Under the pieces are notes generated by a model. It worked only from the letters and a program-made list of their open reading frames with translations, made no database searches and was not told the DNA's origin. Below, piece after piece: positions 58,374 to 64,000 of a DNA stretch of 64,000 bases (its first letter is position 1; the number at the start of each line of letters is the position of its first letter). Both the position numbers and the translations under genes were made by a program. This stretch comes from a virus. Where the stretch lies: the IMG/VR virus record IMGVR_UViG_3300032249_000480, positions 32,001 to 96,000 of that record, one strand, 5' to 3'.

Positions 58374-58561
58374 TGCCTATATACGAATATAAATGCACTG
58401 GTTCTTGCAAAGGAATAATAGTAAAACAAAGATCAATCAAAGAAGATGATCCTGGTTATACTTGCAAAAATTGCAACTTACCACTAGAGCGTATATACTC
58501 TACTGTAGGAGCAATTTTTAATTCTACTGGATTTTATTCCACAGATAACAGAAAGAAGTGA
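58373..58561 (+). CDS. FmdB-family zinc-ribbon protein
   Basis: MPIYEYKC...C, CKNC, GFYSTD. Confidence 0.85.
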   Translation: MPIYEYKCTGSCKGIIVKQRSIKEDDPGYTCKNCNLPLERIYSTVGAIFNSTGFYSTDNRKK

Positions 58562-58562
58562 G

Positions 58563-58820
58563 ATGACTAAGTTAATGACAGAAGAAACCTTAGAACTTAA
58601 AGAATGGCAATTAAAGGCAACAGATAGATGTGATTCTTGTAATGCAGAAGCATTAGTTCAGGTTACTGGAATTGATGGCTCATTAATGTTTTGTGGTCAT
58701 CACTATAATAAAATCATGGATAATCCAGAAGGATACAAAAAAATGATGTCTTTTATGATTAGTATTATTGATGAACGTGATAAATTAATTGAAAATAAAG
58801 CAAAAGGAAAAGATTACTAA
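58563..58820 (+). CDS. Zinc-binding hypothetical protein
   Basis: DRCDSC...LMFCGHH. Confidence 0.7.
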   Translation: MTKLMTEETLELKEWQLKATDRCDSCNAEALVQVTGIDGSLMFCGHHYNKIMDNPEGYKKMMSFMISIIDERDKLIENKAKGKDY

Positions 58821-59227
58821 TGTACGAATATCATGTTAAATCTATTACAAATGTAGTAGATGGGGATACTATTGATGTTGATATTGATTTAGGATTTGAT
58901 ATTTCATTTAGTTCAAGAGTTAGGCTGGCTGGTATTGATACACCAGAATCTAGAACAACTAACAAGGCTGAAAAAGTTCTTGGTCTTGAGTCAAAAGATT
59001 ATTTAAAGAAAAAACTAAAAGATGCAAAGTCTGTTATTATTAAAACTGAAAAAATGGATTCATCTGAAAAGTATGGTCGTATTCTTGGCTGGCTTTACAT
59101 TAATGGAGATACCGTTTCAGTAAATGATCACATGATTAATGATGGCTATGCTTGGGGATATCTTGGTGAAACTAAAGTTAAAGATTTTGAAGCACTAGCA
59201 AAAGTAAGAGCAAAAGTTAAAAAATGA
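58820..59227 (+). CDS. Thermonuclease (SNase-like)
   Basis: VVDGDTID, RVRLAGIDTPE, KYGRILG. Confidence 0.9.
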   Translation: MYEYHVKSITNVVDGDTIDVDIDLGFDISFSSRVRLAGIDTPESRTTNKAEKVLGLESKDYLKKKLKDAKSVIIKTEKMDSSEKYGRILGWLYINGDTVSVNDHMINDGYAWGYLGETKVKDFEALAKVRAKVKK

Positions 59228-59985
59228 TTATTCAAATTATTGGTCTTCCAGGTTCTGGAAAAACAGAACTAGCAAAGGCACTTAAAGAACGTATTAACGC
59301 TATTCATCTTAATGCAGATGAAGTTCGTGCAACAGTTAACTCAGACTTAGGGTTTAGTCCAGACGATAGACTTGAGCAGGCACGACGTATGGGAGAAATG
59401 GCAAGACTAATTTCAAAGCAGGGTATTGCTCCAGTAATCGTTGACTTTGTTTGCCCTACAGACTTAACTCGTGCAGCATTTGGAAAGCCAGACATTTTGG
59501 TATTCATGAACACGATTGAAGAAGGAAGATTTGAAGATACTAACAAGATGTTTGAAATGCCAACAAACTATGACATTGCTTTTATAAGCCATGAATGGGA
59601 TGCAAATGAAAAAGCATCTGTAATCATTAATCAGTTTAGCCTACATGATTGGTCTGCACCTACAACTCTTATGCTGGGTAGGTACCAGCCATGGCACGAA
59701 GGCCACCACGCCCTTTATAAGGAGGCTGGTAAGAGAACTGACCAAGTTCTTCTTGGAGTCCGTAATACCTATAACACAAGTGAAAAGGATCCACTTAAGT
59801 TTGATCAGGTAAAAGAATATATTGCCAAAGATGAATTTATGGATGGAGCATTAGTATTAAGATTACCTAACATTACCAATATTGTTTATGGTCGTGATGT
59901 AGGATATAAAATTGAGCAAGTAGATTTGGGGGCAGATATTCATGCTATTTCGGCTACTGAAAAACGCAAGCAACTTGGTCTTTAA
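59224..59985 (+). CDS. Adenylylsulfate-kinase-like domain fused to an HxGH nucleotidyltransferase domain
   Basis: GLPGSGKT, LNADEVR..DLGFSPDDR, DFVCP, FEMP; then GRYQPWHEGH and ISATEKR. Confidence 0.8.
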   Translation: MIIQIIGLPGSGKTELAKALKERINAIHLNADEVRATVNSDLGFSPDDRLEQARRMGEMARLISKQGIAPVIVDFVCPTDLTRAAFGKPDILVFMNTIEEGRFEDTNKMFEMPTNYDIAFISHEWDANEKASVIINQFSLHDWSAPTTLMLGRYQPWHEGHHALYKEAGKRTDQVLLGVRNTYNTSEKDPLKFDQVKEYIAKDEFMDGALVLRLPNITNIVYGRDVGYKIEQVDLGADIHAISATEKRKQLGL

Positions 59986-60065
59986 ACAAATAGAAAAGTC
60001 TGGGGAAGTCATTAATGCTGCAGATGAAAGATTAATAGCATCAACATTTGAGGAAGAAATAGATA

Positions 60066-60275
60066 ATGAAAGTTACTAGATCAAGATCATTTGTTAAAGC
60101 ATTAAGTTATCGTATATGGGGCACACTTTCATCATTTGCTGTTGCCTATGTTATTACTAAAAATGCTACACTTTCAGGAGCAATTGCATTTTGGGAAACT
60201 GTAGTTAAAATATTTATCTATTATGCACATGAACGTGGTTGGAATTATATTCAGTGGGGAAGAAAAAATGGATGA
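60066..60275 (+). CDS. DUF2061-family membrane protein
   Basis: RSFVKALSYRIWGT...YYAHERGW. Confidence 0.85.
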   Translation: MKVTRSRSFVKALSYRIWGTLSSFAVAYVITKNATLSGAIAFWETVVKIFIYYAHERGWNYIQWGRKNG

Positions 60276-60609
60276 AGAAGAATTAGTAGATCAAACCATT
60301 GAAAGACTTATTCTAGATGGTGCTCTTGAAATAGGTGGGGTTGATGTAGAAAATGGAGAAATCCTATACAACTTTACTGATAAACTTAAAGACGTAATGC
60401 CAGAACTATACAATGAGCATTTAAATTTTGTAAATGCAGAAATTATGTATCTTTGGGAGCGTGGATTTATTTCTATAGAAGATTTTTCTGAGGAAAATCC
60501 AAGAGTAATGGTGACAGATAAGGCATTTAATGATGAAGAAATATCACATCTTCCTAAAGATAGACAAAGGTCTTTAGAAGAGATCAAACGAATACTAAAA
60601 GTGGTATAA
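60268..60609 (+). CDS. Acidic hypothetical protein
   Basis: Start reassigned to ATG 60268; LWERGFI. Confidence 0.65.
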   Translation: MDEEELVDQTIERLILDGALEIGGVDVENGEILYNFTDKLKDVMPELYNEHLNFVNAEIMYLWERGFISIEDFSEENPRVMVTDKAFNDEEISHLPKDRQRSLEEIKRILKVV

Positions 60610-60616
60610 TAAAACT

Positions 60617-61687
60617 ATGCCATATCAAATAGGTTCAAAAGGTTCTAACGGATGTTCAGGATTCCCTGTCGTAGATGACAAGGGTAAAGTAATGGGATGT
60701 CACCCAACAAAATCAAAGGCAGGACGTCAAGTTCGTGCACTATATGCTTCAGGGGCAGCAAAGAAGCAACTTGGAGATGCAATTAACTCATTAGAAAAAG
60801 ACATGGTTGCAGAAGGAGATTTTGTGCTTACAGTTTCTGAAGAAGAAACTTATGTTGGCATTGTTCAGTATGTTATGAAAGATGGAATGTTTGGTATTCC
60901 TGGATCTGAATATGCAAAAGAAGCATCATCAGAAAATCCAGTTATTCTTATTCGCACACTTGAATATGACGAAGAAGATGGTTGGGAAGAATCTGAATAT
61001 TTAATTGGATCAATGTCATCTGATGTAACAAAAATTCCTGCATTGCAATTAGAAGCAAAAGAAGAAATGCAGTCAGAATCAGACATGATGATGTCAACTG
61101 TTAAATCAGATTGTTGTCTAGATGAAGTTATTAAGCAAGCACCTTGTTGGGATGGATATGTGCAACGTGGTATGAAACCAGGCAAAGATGGAAAGCCAGT
61201 TCCAAATTGTGTTCCTGCTGCAAAAGCAGATGATCTTTATGAAGATGACGATGATGTGGTTTATGAAACAGATTTAGTATCAAAGGCTGAAGGATATTCT
61301 CCACCAGCGGGAGCAAGATCTGCTGCTCGTAGAGCAATTAAATTTAAAGAAGAAGGAAAAGCAAAAGGTGCAGGAACTATGGTTGGTTGGACTCGTGCAG
61401 GACAATTAGCAAGAGGCGAGACACTATCTCTTAGCACTGTTAAAAGAATGTATTCTTATTTCTCAAGACATGAAGTAGATAAAAAAGGTAAGGATTGGGG
61501 CAATAATGCTAATCCTTCTAATGGATATATTATGTGGCTTGCATGGGGTGGAGATGCAGGATTTGCTTGGTCAAGATCAATTGTAAATCGTGAAACAGAT
61601 AAAATGATATTTGCTAATTTTGGCAAAGAAATCACTCCAATTGAAAGATCAAACGGTATAAGAATTTTTAATCAGCCTGAAAATTAG
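60617..61687 (+). CDS. Modular hypothetical protein, probably head-associated
   Basis: Modules MPY..GCH, CWDGY..VPNCVP and TRAGQLARGE..RMYSYFSRH..WGGDAG; TGGTATAAT at 60602. Confidence 0.65.
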   Translation: MPYQIGSKGSNGCSGFPVVDDKGKVMGCHPTKSKAGRQVRALYASGAAKKQLGDAINSLEKDMVAEGDFVLTVSEEETYVGIVQYVMKDGMFGIPGSEYAKEASSENPVILIRTLEYDEEDGWEESEYLIGSMSSDVTKIPALQLEAKEEMQSESDMMMSTVKSDCCLDEVIKQAPCWDGYVQRGMKPGKDGKPVPNCVPAAKADDLYEDDDDVVYETDLVSKAEGYSPPAGARSAARRAIKFKEEGKAKGAGTMVGWTRAGQLARGETLSLSTVKRMYSYFSRHEVDKKGKDWGNNANPSNGYIMWLAWGGDAGFAWSRSIVNRETDKMIFANFGKEITPIERSNGIRIFNQPEN

Positions 61688-61695
61688 GGCATAAG

Positions 61696-62115
61696 ATGCT
61701 AAAATGGCTTCTTTTGGGCTTGACATTCATTAACCTTGTTGCTATACTTAAATCAAGAGTAAACAAAAAGTCTATTCTTAACAGGTATGTTCATAGACAG
61801 AGTACTGTGCATCAAGTAGCAAAATTAATTTTGCCAAAGAACTCAGAACTTTTATCTAAAAAACCTACTCAATATAAAAACTACATAAAGAATAAAACAA
61901 TTAGAGTTATTACTGCTCCTGATGGCAATGCTTATTGGGTTAAAGATAATAAATTTTATTGTGCAGAGTATGACAATAGCGGAGAATTTGATCCAACTCA
62001 AGCAAAAGAGATTGATGCGGGTTCTCTGTCAAAAAAAGAAATTAATAAACTCTTATTAATATTAGATAATTTGAACAGGGGAATAAGTAATGATAGTGGC
62101 AATTCAGGGCACTAA
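61696..62115 (+). CDS. Hypothetical protein with N-terminal hydrophobic anchor
   Basis: ORF; AYWVKDNKFY. Confidence 0.6.
   Translation: MLKWLLLGLTFINLVAILKSRVNKKSILNRYVHRQSTVHQVAKLILPKNSELLSKKPTQYKNYIKNKTIRVITAPDGNAYWVKDNKFYCAEYDNSGEFDPTQAKEIDAGSLSKKEINKLLLILDNLNRGISNDSGNSGH
61720..61748 (+). promoter_or_regulatory. SigmaA-type promoter upstream of the whiB gene group
   Basis: TTGACA-17 nt-TATACT with TG extension. Confidence 0.7.
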
Positions 62116-62440
62116 TGCCTTTGACGACTATAACGTTTTCTTGAGAGCAATGGGAGTTGCTATGTCTGGAATGCATGAAGAAGATAAAGAAATTTATTTG
62201 TATTCTGCTGGACCTGCAAAAGTTAACTCAATGGTTTCAGAATTTTCTAATCTTTCAGAGCGTGGGCTTAAGGCTCGTGGTAAAAAAATTAAATATTTTA
62301 AAGTTCCACAATATTGGTTAGAAGAAAACATTACTTCAATTAATTATCTTGCATTTTTAAGCAAGCCAAAGGAACCACTTTCAAAACTTGTTACTTCTGC
62401 AGAACTTAATTCTGTTGAAGTTGGCATTTTCCGATACTAG
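62090..62440 (+). CDS. Hypothetical protein, weakly SLOG/YspA-like
   Basis: MIVAIQGTNAFDDY N terminus, alternating alpha/beta pattern. Confidence 0.5.
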   Translation: MIVAIQGTNAFDDYNVFLRAMGVAMSGMHEEDKEIYLYSAGPAKVNSMVSEFSNLSERGLKARGKKIKYFKVPQYWLEENITSINYLAFLSKPKEPLSKLVTSAELNSVEVGIFRY

Positions 62441-62454
62441 AGAAAAGAAAAATA

Positions 62455-62661
62455 ATGATAAAAGATCTTGAAACAATGGAAAAAATTGTTGCTAACAATA
62501 GCAACCTTTCATGGGATGGGTGGAATGTTGTAGAACTTATTCCATCAAATTCTGCAATGTTTAAAACTGACGGGGCATTTGTTAATAACAAGTGGAACAC
62601 CAAGAAAGTATACTCATACGCAGAAGAAGGGTGGGCAATTCCTAAAAAGTATGTGAGGTAG
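62455..62661 (+). CDS. Hypothetical protein
   Basis: LSWDGWNVV. Confidence 0.65.
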   Translation: MIKDLETMEKIVANNSNLSWDGWNVVELIPSNSAMFKTDGAFVNNKWNTKKVYSYAEEGWAIPKKYVR

Positions 62662-62663
62662 CC

Positions 62664-62945
62664 ATGAAACAGCATTTATGGAAAGATGATGCAAGATGTT
62701 TAGACATGGATACTAATCTATTTTTTGAAAAGTATGAAGATGAAGAATCTTTAAGACCAGCAATAGATAGCATATGTAAACAATGCCCAGTATTAAAAAC
62801 ATGTTTTGCCGTAGGAATTTCCAATAAAGAGTGGGGAGTTTGGGGAGGAATCTTCATAGAAAATGGTAAAATATCTAGAGAATTTAATAAACATAAATCT
62901 AAACAAGATTGGGGAAACACGTGGAAATCCTTAACAATGGATTAG
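62664..62945 (+). CDS. whiB: WhiB-family Fe-S transcription regulator
   Basis: W...ARC....LFF, CKQCPVLKTC, WGVWGG. Confidence 0.92.
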   Translation: MKQHLWKDDARCLDMDTNLFFEKYEDEESLRPAIDSICKQCPVLKTCFAVGISNKEWGVWGGIFIENGKISREFNKHKSKQDWGNTWKSLTMD

Positions 62946-62958
62946 CAGGCTGCGCCTA

Positions 62959-63198
62959 ATGGCACTTGGCTATACAGATGAAATGCGTAAGGCTTTTCAT
63001 GCAATCCCAGCACCTAAAGGTTTTGGTGTTGATTTAATTGATAATACTTATTTTATTACAATTCGTATTGATGAAAAAGCATTTCTTTATTTAAATCATG
63101 ATCAAAAAATGGAAGCATTTGAATATGTTATTAAAGTTCAAAAGGCTTTAGAGGCTTCAGGGGCTGTTGTTCAAGTTGTTAGAAAACCATTAAAGTAA
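62959..63198 (+). CDS. Hypothetical protein
   Basis: YTDEMRKAFHAIPAPKGF. Confidence 0.65.
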   Translation: MALGYTDEMRKAFHAIPAPKGFGVDLIDNTYFITIRIDEKAFLYLNHDQKMEAFEYVIKVQKALEASGAVVQVVRKPLK

Positions 63199-64000
63199 TG
63201 TCAATATTTATTTCTGTTGCAAGTTATCGTGATCCACATCTTCAACTAACACTTAAAAGTGCTGTTGAAAATGCAAATAATCCTGCAGGTTTATTCTTTG
63301 GTATTGTTAATCAAGATACTGCTAGGAATGAAGTTGATTATTCCTTTTTGCCAGATTATTCTGTAATTAAAATGCATCCAAGAAATGCAAAAGGTGTTGG
63401 CTATGCAAGAAGCAAGGCAATGTCTTTATACAATGGAGAAGATTATTTTTTACAGGTTGATTCTCATACTCAGTTTTCAAAAGACTGGGATTTAAAATCC
63501 ATAAAACAATTAAAGACTGCACAGGAAATTGCAGGACATAAAAAAGTTATAATGTCCTGCTATCCTGGTCCTTATAGTTTAGATAATAATCAGGTATTCA
63601 TACATACAATATCTACAGAAGAACATCCTGTAGAGCCAATGAAGCATATTGCTAAACTAAGAGTTGACGATCAGTGGTCTGCAATCAGGGTTCCAATGGA
63701 TAGTCCAAATTCTGAAAGACCAGAACTTTCTAATACAGTTCTTGGAGGATATATTTTTGCTACTGGTAATATTGTAAATGAAATTCCATATGATGAAGAA
63801 ATAAGTTTTATGGGTGAAGAAATTTGTTTTGCAATGAGGGCTTGGACAAGGGGATGGGACATATATTCACCATCAATACCAATTGTTTATCATTTTTATA
63901 GAAGGCCAGGATATCCTAAAGTATGGTCTGATGATGTAGTTAGAGAACAGAACTGGGATCAACTTCAAGAAATATCAAAAGAAAAACAAAGAAAAGTTTT
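63198..64000 (+). CDS. GT60-type GlcNAc transferase ([Skp1]-hydroxyproline GlcNAc-transferase-like), truncated by window end; absent from ORF track
   Basis: Hand translation is open to the window end: MSIFISVASYRDP, KGVGYAR, YFLQVDSHTQFSKDWD, PYD..FMGEE, RAWTRGWDIYSP, VYHFY. Confidence 0.85.
   Translation, partial: MSIFISVASYRDPHLQLTLKSAVENANNPAGLFFGIVNQDTARNEVDYSFLPDYSVIKMHPRNAKGVGYARSKAMSLYNGEDYFLQVDSHTQFSKDWDLKSIKQLKTAQEIAGHKKVIMSCYPGPYSLDNNQVFIHTISTEEHPVEPMKHIAKLRVDDQWSAIRVPMDSPNSERPELSNTVLGGYIFATGNIVNEIPYDEEISFMGEEICFAMRAWTRGWDIYSPSIPIVYHFYRRPGYPKVWSDDVVREQNWDQLQEISKEKQRKV

Noticed and set aside
59975-60079. Possible short TTG-start ORF between the kinase fusion and DUF2061
   Set aside because: Very short, weak start, no recognisable motif; cannot be supported

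Overview
A 64-kb, AT-rich segment of a large tailed (siphovirus-type) phage, almost entirely coded on the + strand. A WhiB regulator, DnaE polymerase, sigmaA-type promoters and probable leaderless starts point to a low-GC actinobacterial host, most likely a freshwater type. Gene order: 2OG-Fe(II) oxygenase / glycosyltransferase-like / sulfotransferase-like island (1-4.2 kb); secreted lytic transglycosylase (the only credible minus-strand gene); tail fibre; class II ribonucleotide reductase; head and tail module (8.6-36.4 kb); replication/recombination module (36.4-49.6 kb); terminase (49.6-51.9 kb, far from portal); secreted surface-type proteins, holin-like, HslV-like, Hsp20, CHAP endolysin, APS-kinase fusion, WhiB and a GT60-type GlcNAc transferase cut by the window end. 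The most interesting signals are: (1) six 2OG-Fe(II) oxygenases plus an intact and a degenerate GT60 transferase plus Pro-rich proteins, suggesting a phage hydroxyproline-glycosylation system, possibly with a PAPS/sulfation arm; (2) tail assembly chaperones G and GT encoded by a gene duplication instead of a frameshift; (3) a self-contained ~85-nt structured RNA after hsp20; (4) two promoter classes (-35/-10 versus extended -10 only) that could be switched by WhiB; (5) a free-standing copy of the capsid N-terminal arm. All functional calls come from motif recognition by eye; no database search was run.
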